From NCBI GenBank assembly GCA_031374105.1, contig JANMNP010000073.1:671-64670 (forward strand): a stretch of 64,000 nucleotides of DNA, given 5' to 3'. Made by a program: the position numbers and the translations under genes. The stretch's first letter is position 1; the number at the start of each line of letters is the position of its first letter. Under the pieces are notes generated by a model, which was not told where the DNA came from, did no database searches, and worked only from the letters and a program-made list of their open reading frames with translations. Source of the stretch: Novosphingobium sp. (GTDB taxonomy: Bacteria > Pseudomonadota > Alphaproteobacteria > Sphingomonadales > Sphingomonadaceae). Shown here piece by piece: positions 56,822-64,000 of this stretch.

Positions 56822-57726
56822 GCCTCGATCCCGCCTATCTTGAATATCCAAACCGCCGCCTTGGCTATGACCATGATCTTTACCCCTGGTCCGCGCTGCA
56901 TCAGCGCCCGCCGATCACCTGGCCCAAGGGTTCGGTCGCGGTATGGGTCTGCGTCAGCCTTGAATGGTTCCCGATCACGCCGTCGGACACCCCGTTCCGC
57001 GCGCCGGGCCATATGCAGACCGCCTATCCCGATTATCGCCATTACACCGCGCGCGATTATGGCAACCGGGTGGGAGCGTGGCGGATGCTTGATGCGCTGG
57101 ACAAGATTGGCGCGCGCGCCAGCTTTGCGACCAATGCGGCAGTGGCGGAGCGCTATCCCGAACTGGTCCGAGCGCTGGCCGGGCATGAGATCATTGCCCA
57201 TTCCACCGACATGAACGGCACGATCGACAGTTCATTGACCGAGGCCGAGGAGCGGGCCTTGATCGGCGATGCACTGGACCGGCTGGAAGCGGCCAGCGGC
57301 GTTCGACCAGAGGGCTGGCTTTCCATCGCCCGCTCGCAAAGTTTCCGCACGGCAGACCTGCTCAAGGAACATGGCATTGTCTGGTGCGCTGACTGGGTCA
57401 ATGACGAGCTGCCCTATCGCTTCAGCAACGGCCTGATCAACTGTCCGCTCAATCACGAGCTGTCCGACCGGCAGATTATCGCGGTGCAGCAGCAATCGGC
57501 GGATAGCTGGGCGCAGAGCTTGGAGGATGCGTTTAATTGGCTGGTGGGCGAAGCAGCAGCAACCGGCGGCGGGCGGATGCTGCCGATCCATGTCACGCCC
57601 TATATCATGGGCCTGCCCTATCGGATCGGCGCCTTCGAACGGCTGCTCGAAAGATTGGCGGCCCGGCAGGAATGCTGGTTCGCCAGCGGCGGCGAGATCG
57701 TTTCCAGCTGGCAATCGCAAGCATGA
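56818..57726 (+). CDS. polysaccharide-deacetylase-fold protein, PuuE/allantoinase-like (paralogue 2)
   Basis: The motifs ITWPKGSVAVWVCVSLEWF, YTARDYGNRVGAWRM and IHVTPYIMGLPYRIGAFERLL are collinear with the preceding gene. Confidence 0.85.
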   Translation: MSLDPAYLEYPNRRLGYDHDLYPWSALHQRPPITWPKGSVAVWVCVSLEWFPITPSDTPFRAPGHMQTAYPDYRHYTARDYGNRVGAWRMLDALDKIGARASFATNAAVAERYPELVRALAGHEIIAHSTDMNGTIDSSLTEAEERALIGDALDRLEAASGVRPEGWLSIARSQSFRTADLLKEHGIVWCADWVNDELPYRFSNGLINCPLNHELSDRQIIAVQQQSADSWAQSLEDAFNWLVGEAAATGGGRMLPIHVTPYIMGLPYRIGAFERLLERLAARQECWFASGGEIVSSWQSQA

Positions 57727-58178
57727 GCAACCGCGCCCAACTTGCCGTAGTCATGCCTGCCATGCTGCGCCACGAAGGCCATTGGGACGGCTGGTATCGT
57801 CACTTTGACGCAGGCGGCGCGCTGCTTGATGCCCACCGGGTCAAAACCTGGTGCGAGTTTCCCGATCAGGGTGAGTGGCACTATATCCAGCACAATTGGC
57901 TGGAGTGGGACGACGGGCGCAAGGCGACATATGAATTTGGCGGCAAGCTGGAGGGCGACAGGCTGGTCTGGGAAACGGACCGCTTCGCCGGATATGGCTG
58001 GCAAACTGCCGAGGATGTGGTGATGCTCAAGCTGGACCGGCTTGATGTGCGGGACGCCTATTATATCGAGATGATCGCGCTTGCCGCCGATGGCCAAACC
58101 CGCGCGCGGACCTGGCAGTGGTTTCAGGATGGGCGGCCGTGGAAATGGACGCTTTGTAACGAGGAGAAAGCGCAGTGA
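57723..58178 (+). CDS. hypothetical protein (151 aa)
   Basis: The start is at ATG 57723, with an ATGA overlap. The protein is Trp-rich (HEGHWDGWYRHFDAGG...WHYIQHNWLEWDDG...). No family was recognised. Confidence 0.6.
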   Translation: MSNRAQLAVVMPAMLRHEGHWDGWYRHFDAGGALLDAHRVKTWCEFPDQGEWHYIQHNWLEWDDGRKATYEFGGKLEGDRLVWETDRFAGYGWQTAEDVVMLKLDRLDVRDAYYIEMIALAADGQTRARTWQWFQDGRPWKWTLCNEEKAQ

Positions 58179-58687
58179 TCTTGGCTGGTCTGTTGATGCT
58201 GGCGCAAGCTGTCGATCCGGCGGCAACGGCAGTCAAGCCGCTAGCCGTCGCGCGCGCTGCCGCGCCGCTGTCGGGCACCTGCGATCAACCAGTGATCATG
58301 GTCATTTCCGGCCACACGCATGATCGGGTGCGGATGATGGCTTATGGCAAGGCGATTGCCGATAGCGGGCTCTACAACCAGCTTGGCGGCTATTATGTGA
58401 ACCTGGCATTCCCGCAGGAGATCTTTGAAGGCGCCGCGCCCGCAGGTTACGTCAATCTGATTGTCCGGTTCCCTTGCATGGCCAATGCCAAAGCGTTCTG
58501 GAACAGCAAGACTTATCAGGAGCAGATCAGACCGCTGCGTCTCAGCCCGTCGGCTGGCGATTACATTGTTGCGGTCTACCCCGAGGCACCGTTGCGAGAA
58601 GACCTTGTCGGAAGCGTCGGTGATGATAGTTATAACGCTGACTTCCCGCATCAGGGTGTCGCGCAGATTGATGGAGCCAAGCCATGA
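58175..58687 (+). CDS. DUF1330-like protein with N-terminal signal-like segment
   Basis: The sequence VNLIVRFPCMANAKAFWNSKTYQEQIRPLR recalls the DUF1330 dimeric alpha-beta-barrel pattern from memory. There is a GTGA overlap with the previous gene. Confidence 0.65.
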   Translation: MILAGLLMLAQAVDPAATAVKPLAVARAAAPLSGTCDQPVIMVISGHTHDRVRMMAYGKAIADSGLYNQLGGYYVNLAFPQEIFEGAAPAGYVNLIVRFPCMANAKAFWNSKTYQEQIRPLRLSPSAGDYIVAVYPEAPLREDLVGSVGDDSYNADFPHQGVAQIDGAKP

Positions 58688-59871
58688 CGCCAGAGTTGCA
58701 GCACGCGATGAACGCGCAGAAAACCCCCGATGAGGTCGCTCGCGGCCGCTTCGTTTCAGGCATGCGCAACCTGATTCTGAACGACCTGGCCGGTGATATG
58801 CGCACCGCCTATGATAGACGGGCTGAACCTGCCTATCGCAGGGTTCATGGACACCAGCCCGCCACCAGCCGTGAGGCGCATCTGGCACTGCGCGGCGATC
58901 CCGCCTTCAACATCTACTCTACGATGCGAGTTCAGGCTCAGAAAATGGTCTGGGCCAGCGTCGCTGGCAGCGTCGAGCGTGAGCGTGAGCGGTTGGCGGC
59001 AGAAGCAAAGCGGGTTGAAGCTGCGCCGGGCTCGCTAACGCTGGATCCGACCCTTGAAATACCGCGAAATGTAACAGCCGTCGATGTTCATCTGATGCCG
59101 GGCGGCTATACACGCGGCGCCGATAGCCTTGAGGCGGGCGCGGTTTATGATCGCGGGCTGGCGGTCTTCTCGATGGGCCTGATGGGCGCGAACCTTGATG
59201 ACATCGGACTGTCGATGGCCACCTATATCAAGCTGCGTTATCCCGATTTCGCGCCGCAGCGGATTCTTGATACTGGCTGCACCATCGGGCACAATACGCT
59301 GCCGTGGAAGCAAACCTATCCTGCCGCCGAGGTCGTCGCGATTGATGCAGCGCCGGGGCCGCTCGCCTATGGCTCGGCGCGGGCAAAGTTGCAGGGACAG
59401 GAAGTTCATTTTCAGCAGATGTGCGCGGATCGGCTCGCGTATCCGGATGCCAGCTTTGATGTGGTGTGGAGCAGCATGTTCCTTCACGAGCTTTCGAAAA
59501 AGGCGCGCACTGCGGCCTTTGCCGAAGCCTATCGCGTTCTGCGGCCGGGCGGCTTGCTGCTGCACATGGAACTGCCGCCCAATGGCGAGATGAGCGCGTT
59601 TGACGGCTTCTATCTGGATTGGGATGGCTATTACAACGAGGAGCCGTTCTACAAGGCCTTCCGAGACGAAAATCCGCCTGAGCTATGCGCCAAGGCCGGT
59701 TTTGCGGAGGAAGACTACATCCAGTTCGTGGTCCCCTCGATCGGGATCTACGGCGAGCAGGCGATTGCCGATATGGTAGCGAATGATGCAGCAGAAGTGG
59801 TTGGCCAAGCGACCACAGGGCGCCTTGCCGAAGGGGTGATGTGGTTTGGGTTTGGAGCGTGGAAAAAGTGA
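58684..59871 (+). CDS. class I SAM-dependent methyltransferase with N-terminal extension (paralogue 2)
   Basis: The motifs ILDTGCTIGHN, VVAIDAAP, FDVVWSSMFLHEL and LRPGGLLLHMELP are collinear with 46210-47424. Confidence 0.85.
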   Translation: MTPELQHAMNAQKTPDEVARGRFVSGMRNLILNDLAGDMRTAYDRRAEPAYRRVHGHQPATSREAHLALRGDPAFNIYSTMRVQAQKMVWASVAGSVERERERLAAEAKRVEAAPGSLTLDPTLEIPRNVTAVDVHLMPGGYTRGADSLEAGAVYDRGLAVFSMGLMGANLDDIGLSMATYIKLRYPDFAPQRILDTGCTIGHNTLPWKQTYPAAEVVAIDAAPGPLAYGSARAKLQGQEVHFQQMCADRLAYPDASFDVVWSSMFLHELSKKARTAAFAEAYRVLRPGGLLLHMELPPNGEMSAFDGFYLDWDGYYNEEPFYKAFRDENPPELCAKAGFAEEDYIQFVVPSIGIYGEQAIADMVANDAAEVVGQATTGRLAEGVMWFGFGAWKK

Positions 59872-60116
59872 AAGACGATCTGCGCCCCGAGGATGCCCCG
59901 CCCGAGCTTTACGATGCCTCTGGCCGGGCCCGTTTTTTCGCCGATCCGGGGCTTGACCGGCTAGTCGCGGTTGTAATGAACCTGGCTCAGGAAGTCTGGG
60001 TTCAAGAGGAGCGGGTGCTGGCGCTTGAAGCGGATAAAGGCGGCGTAACGGCCGATCGGGAAGCGGCGATGAAAGCCTTTATCGACCGGGTGTTCGAGCC
60101 GATGCGCGCGGCTTAG
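59868..60116 (+). CDS. small conserved hypothetical protein coupled to the methyltransferase (paralogue 2)
   Basis: GTG 59868 overlaps the methyltransferase stop (GTGA), with GGAG 10 nt upstream. The segment FFADPGLDRLVAVVMNLAQEVWVQEERV aligns with YFDDPATDRLLSLTMALVAEVSVLRERL in 47421-47780. Confidence 0.55.
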   Translation: MKDDLRPEDAPPELYDASGRARFFADPGLDRLVAVVMNLAQEVWVQEERVLALEADKGGVTADREAAMKAFIDRVFEPMRAA

Positions 60117-60347
60117 GATCAGGACCGGTCAAATTGCTTGCATGATGCGTTGGGGGTTGATTCAATGACGGCACCAGAAGGGTGCTGCTTGTGGATGACC
60201 TGTTTTGCTGAGCGAGGCGCAGATGCGCCACACTGCGCTGTATTTTCCGTTTTCGAACATTACAGCTGGAGGTCGTGTATCGTTAGAAGAGGGGCGCGCA
60301 TTTGGGGCCATTTTCAACTTGTTCTAATTCAGGAGTTCTGACCCCAC

Positions 60348-61145
60348 CTATGCGCCAATCAGTTCAGCGCTATGCTTCATTTCATCCACAAAATCGCGCG
60401 CAGCATCCCTCACTGACATGGATGACGAAAAGAAAATCAATCCAAGCGCGCCAGCCAACCTACCATTTACAAAAATCGGCACACCTAAAGACGAAGTTTT
60501 TCCAGGGCTCTCCGTATATTGATTGTATTCGTGCGTTGCGTAGCCATCTTCTATGATGCGGTTAACAAGAAATCCATCTTCAAGTATCGAATGCGCTCTA
60601 TTATTTTCCTCAGTGTTTATTTTTTTAAGTCCAGCGATAATGTTATCGCGCTCTTCATTATCACAATACGCCACATAAGCTTTGCCTACCGAGCATTCGA
60701 GCAGCGGCAAGGTATATCCTGGCGCGTAATTGCTAAAGGTCAAAGTTGTCAGCCGATGGGTTGAATCGCGTATCATCATCGTGTTGCCGACCCGAGTGGC
60801 TACCGTAATCGGCCAATTCACTTTCTTGCACAACGCCACGATGTGGGGCCGGGCGCGCATGACCAAAGCGTGATCTTCCTGATATCCTACCGAGAGTGTT
60901 TGGACGAGCGCAGTGGGCCTATACTTGCGGACCGATTCTTCGCGTTCGATCATTCCGGCGTCGACCAATGTTTCGACGATTCGACAAACTGTTGGATAGG
61001 GCAGGTTGGTCGCGAAGCTGATGTCCATCAATCGCATCGAACCGGATCGATTGATCGCTTGCAATACACTCAAGCCGCGCTTGATCGAGCGGATCGAATG
61101 ATCGTCTTTCTCCATTGCGTTGTTCTCCTTGGCATTCAGAGACAC
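60348..61145 (-). CDS. IclR-family transcriptional regulator
   Basis: An HTH (SIKRGLSVLQAINRSGSMRLMDISFATNLPYPTVCRIVETLVDAGMI) is followed by an IclR effector domain. GC content is conspicuously low. An alternative start lies at 61115. Confidence 0.92.
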   Translation of the reverse strand: MSLNAKENNAMEKDDHSIRSIKRGLSVLQAINRSGSMRLMDISFATNLPYPTVCRIVETLVDAGMIEREESVRKYRPTALVQTLSVGYQEDHALVMRARPHIVALCKKVNWPITVATRVGNTMMIRDSTHRLTTLTFSNYAPGYTLPLLECSVGKAYVAYCDNEERDNIIAGLKKINTEENNRAHSILEDGFLVNRIIEDGYATHEYNQYTESPGKTSSLGVPIFVNGRLAGALGLIFFSSSMSVRDAARDFVDEMKHSAELIGA

Positions 61146-61346
61146 TTCACCGCCATGCCAATGCGAATTGAAGCGCGATTTGGGCAGTCGCTCTTGTTCG
61201 CATCATAATAGCGATAGCTCGCCTTAGCTCGCCGCGCGATCAATTTACAATCACTAGGCGATTATTCTGAGTTCGAGCTATCGTGAAGCCTTCAATAGAT
61301 ACCCTAACTAAGCAACCACATCAGACGATTGGGAAGTTCAGATTCC

Positions 61347-62588
61347 ATGAAATCATCAAACGGCGGGACGCAGAGCAATGCGAGCTATATAGCGCCTGTT
61401 CTCGTCGCAGGAGCTGGTCCCGTAGGGTGCACTGTAGCTCTCTACCTCGCTCAAAAGGGAATTCCGGTTGTTCTGCTCGATGGTGCCAGCGAATTGCCTG
61501 AAGATCTTCGAGCTTCCACTTTTCATCCACCGACACTTGATCAGCTTGACCAACTTGGCCTGACCCAGCGGCTGATACCGCAAGGCTTGATTGTCCATGA
61601 TTTCCAGTTTCGCGAGCGGCGCACCGGCGAAGTGGCCGCGTTCGACCTGGCCTGCCTCATCGGGGAAACCAACCACCCCTATCGCCTCCAGTGTGAGCAA
61701 TACAAGCTGACACGTGAGGCTGTTGAAATGTTGGCAAGCTACCCCCACGCCAGTTTTCGAAGCGCTAACCGGGTGGTGGGCTATCGCGAAACCGCGGCAG
61801 GAGTTGACGCGCTTTTGTTCGATGGTGAGACAGAACAGCATTTGCATGGCAGCTTTCTGATCGGCTGCGATGGAGCCAGCAGCAGTATCCGGCAAGCGTC
61901 GGGAACCTTGTTCGAAGGGCTTACATATCCTGAACGGTTTTTGGTTGTTTCGACGGAATTCCCCTTCGAGCAGCATTTCGAAAACCTGAGCTGGGTCAAT
62001 TACGTTTCCGACCCGGAGGAATGGTGCGTGATGCTCAAGACACGGGATTTGTGGCGTGTCCAGTTTCCCATTTCAGGGGATGCTGACCAAGACTTGCTGC
62101 TATCTGACGAATTTATTGAAGAGCGACTCCAGCGTCTACATCCCAAAGACAAGCCTTACGAGATCGAGCACCGCACGCTCTACAAGGTTCATCAACGGGT
62201 GGCCGAGACCTACCGTGTGGGCCGACGTGTTCTGCTTGCTGGCGACGCAGCGCATGTGAACAACCCGCTGGGCGGGATGGGAATGAATGGCGGCATCCAC
62301 GATGCTATCAATCTTGGCGAGAAACTGTGTGCGATCATCTTCGAAGGGGCTGATCTCGATCAACAACTCGATAGTTACAACAAGCAGCGACGGCAGATTT
62401 GTGTCGACTTTATTCAGCGTCGGACGCGAGAAAACAAAGCAATGATGGAAACTGACGATGCCGAGCAGCGCGCTGATCGCCAACGCATGTATATGGAGAT
62501 CGCCGCCGATCCCGAGCGCGAAAAGGCCTATCTGATGGAATCATCAATGATCGATTGCCTGCGCGCTTCGTATAAGATTGTTGTCTAG
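61347..62588 (+). CDS. FAD-dependent aromatic-ring monooxygenase (PHBH/UbiH-like)
   Basis: The GxGxxG motif is VLVAGAGPVGCTVALYLAQKG, with DGASSSIR and LLAGDAAHVNNPLGGMGMNGGIHDA also present. The gene is divergent from the IclR gene. ATG 61347 is preferred over TTG 61329. Confidence 0.9.
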   Translation: MKSSNGGTQSNASYIAPVLVAGAGPVGCTVALYLAQKGIPVVLLDGASELPEDLRASTFHPPTLDQLDQLGLTQRLIPQGLIVHDFQFRERRTGEVAAFDLACLIGETNHPYRLQCEQYKLTREAVEMLASYPHASFRSANRVVGYRETAAGVDALLFDGETEQHLHGSFLIGCDGASSSIRQASGTLFEGLTYPERFLVVSTEFPFEQHFENLSWVNYVSDPEEWCVMLKTRDLWRVQFPISGDADQDLLLSDEFIEERLQRLHPKDKPYEIEHRTLYKVHQRVAETYRVGRRVLLAGDAAHVNNPLGGMGMNGGIHDAINLGEKLCAIIFEGADLDQQLDSYNKQRRQICVDFIQRRTRENKAMMETDDAEQRADRQRMYMEIAADPEREKAYLMESSMIDCLRASYKIVV

Positions 62589-62602
62589 GCTCTGGAGGAT
62601 CG

Positions 62603-63475
62603 ATGATGGGCACCAAACCTCTCCTGCTGACGGGCGCGAATGGGCGAACAGGTCGCGCAATCCTTCAGGCGATGGTCCGCCATGGCATCCCGGTTCGAGC
62701 CTTCATCCGGAAAGCCGATCAGGCCGAGGAGCTGCTCGCTCTGGGCGCTAGAGAATGTGCGGTCGGCGATATGTCCGACGCGGTTTCGATACAAGCGGCG
62801 GGACAGGGCGCAGGCGCGATTCTGCACATCGGTCCGCCTATGCATCCCGCTGAGCTGGACATCACGAAGCGTTTCATCGGAGCGGCAAAAACCAACGGGA
62901 TTGACCATTTCATCTATTATTCGGTGATGCATCCGCTGCGCCGCGAGGTTAGGCACCATCGGCTCAAGCTGGATGGGGAAGAGGCGCTGATCGAATCCGG
63001 CCTGCCTTATACAATCATCCAGCCGTCACGATACATGCAGCATCTTGTGCCGATCTGGCGGCAGGTAACGGAGGACGGTGTGCACGCTATGCCGTTCAAT
63101 GTGGATGGCCAATACAACGTGGTGGACTTGGACGATTTGGCAGAGGCCTGCGCCACAGTCGCAGAGAATTCTGACAAGCATCTCTACGCGACCTACGAAC
63201 TGGCCGGACCCGAGGCGTTGAGTCAGACCGATATGGCTTCGATCATTTCCGAAATCATCGGTAAGCCAGTTCGGGCGCAAGCAATCCCGCTTGATGTAGT
63301 CGAGCAGAAAGCGCGGGCAGCAGGTGCCAGCGATGATCGGGTGGAGCAAATGCTGATCATGAACAGGCACTATGACGCCCATGGGTTTCGCGGAAATCCC
63401 AACATTCTCGAATTCCTGCTTGGTCGCCCGACAACGACGTTTCGAACCTATGTAGAAACCCTGGCAAACAGCTGA
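62603..63475 (+). CDS. NmrA-like / atypical SDR NAD(P)-binding protein
   Basis: LLLTGANGRTGRAILQAMVRHG and IIQPSRYMQ follow the NmrA-family pattern. Confidence 0.85.
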   Translation: MMGTKPLLLTGANGRTGRAILQAMVRHGIPVRAFIRKADQAEELLALGARECAVGDMSDAVSIQAAGQGAGAILHIGPPMHPAELDITKRFIGAAKTNGIDHFIYYSVMHPLRREVRHHRLKLDGEEALIESGLPYTIIQPSRYMQHLVPIWRQVTEDGVHAMPFNVDGQYNVVDLDDLAEACATVAENSDKHLYATYELAGPEALSQTDMASIISEIIGKPVRAQAIPLDVVEQKARAAGASDDRVEQMLIMNRHYDAHGFRGNPNILEFLLGRPTTTFRTYVETLANS

Positions 63476-63489
63476 CGGGAGCCAATACG

Positions 63490-63783
63490 ATGCTTTACGC
63501 CATTATGGTTCGAGACCGGGACGACACGGAGCTGCTGCGCCAGCAACACCGTGATGGCCATATGGCTCATTTCAGCAAACATAAGGATCGGATTGCACTT
63601 GCCGGACCACTTAGTGCTGACGATGGCCACAGTTTAGGCTCGTTAGTAATCTTCGATGCCGAGCATGAGGGAGAGGCTAGCGCCTTTATTCGCGCCGACC
63701 CATATCACCATTCAGGAGTTTGGCTTGAGCCTGTGGTCGCTCGTTTCAAGGGCTCGATTTTTGCTCCCGAAAAATTCTTCTAG
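63490..63783 (+). CDS. YciI-family protein
   Basis: 97 aa. MLYAIMVRD....LR...R..H..H......I.LAGPL....G...GSLVIFDAE....A..F...DPY follows the YciI pattern. Confidence 0.85.
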   Translation: MLYAIMVRDRDDTELLRQQHRDGHMAHFSKHKDRIALAGPLSADDGHSLGSLVIFDAEHEGEASAFIRADPYHHSGVWLEPVVARFKGSIFAPEKFF

Positions 63784-63841
63784 GCGGCCACAGCAGCCAG
63801 CAACGCCGACACCATCCGCAACGCATTCAAGGCAGCATCCC

Positions 63842-64000
63842 ATGACGCAGGCGCCTAAATCTTCCGCAATTCCCGTGAGCGCACAGGGCCGACGCGACTT
63901 TTTGAGAAGCGCGGGTTTGCTGGGCGGCGCTGCGGCGCTGGTCCAGCCGTTCGACGTAATGGCGATGATGCAGGTTGGCGAAAAGTCGGCGGCTAACGCA
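63842..64000 (+). CDS. 5' part of a Tat-exported protein (runs off the right edge)
   Basis: ATG 63842. The twin-arginine motif QGRRDFLRSAGLLGGAAAL is present. Only 53 codons are visible. Confidence 0.6.
   Translation, partial: MTQAPKSSAIPVSAQGRRDFLRSAGLLGGAAALVQPFDVMAMMQVGEKSAANA

Noticed and set aside
62686-62700. A tRNA-like GGTTCGAGCC T-arm motif, and a general search for tRNA, rRNA and tmRNA genes
   Set aside because: The motif lies inside the NmrA-like CDS, with no acceptor or anticodon stem around it. No intergenic region in the window is long and structured enough to hold a tRNA or rRNA.
60117-64000. A genomic island with mobility genes (integrase, transposase, prophage)
   Set aside because: The compositional shift is real and is reported as a finding. 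However, no integrase, transposase, phage gene, tRNA target or flanking direct repeat is visible in the window, so I do not call it a mobile element.

Overview
This is a GC-rich chromosomal segment, about 62-65% GC by eye, apart from a lower-GC stretch at roughly 60.1-63.8 kb. Gene content and order suggest an alphaproteobacterium, probably a sphingomonad; that is inference, since no search could be run.

Layout:
- **1-35 kb, mostly housekeeping:** dnaB, rpoZ, ftsH, coaBC-dut, secB-murJ-trpS, Tim44-like/mltA/smr, aroC, ubiG, lysC, katG and cysD-cysNC-cysQ. This part also holds a ParE-type toxin/antitoxin pair, a YdbS/YdbT-like PH-domain pair, and an FeS-type photolyase with a small DUF2256-like ORF that the ORF track misses.
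- **35-60 kb, accessory and catabolic-looking:** an Lrp regulator; a LysR regulator with an MFS/VOC/oxidoreductase operon; a TonB-dependent receptor - cytochrome b561 - tandem unknown periplasmic paralogues - VOC - Tat-hydrolase cluster; two paralogous 'methyltransferase + small protein' modules; a LeuCD-paralogue/HMG-CoA-lyase-like/CoA-transferase operon; and an isochorismatase/PuuE-like deacetylase operon.
- **60.1-63.8 kb, lower-GC block:** IclR regulator, FAD monooxygenase, NmrA-like protein and YciI-like protein.

I found no rRNA, tRNA, CRISPR array, transposase or integrase.

Most notable observations:
1. A family of structured G/C-rich inverted-arm elements (GGGGAGGGGGACC...GGTCCCCCTCCCC). 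One copy carries a DUF559/Vsr-like endonuclease ORF and sits exactly on the stop codon of a leuD-like gene, creating a chimeric ORF. Two cargo-less miniature copies also occur, one inserted in-frame inside an Smr-domain gene.
2. A near-identical 16-18 bp palindrome (ATTTGTCCGGACAAAT) in two promoter regions 9 kb apart, which links three operons of largely uncharacterised genes into one putative regulon.

All family names come from motif recognition by eye and memory, and each needs HMM/BLAST confirmation.
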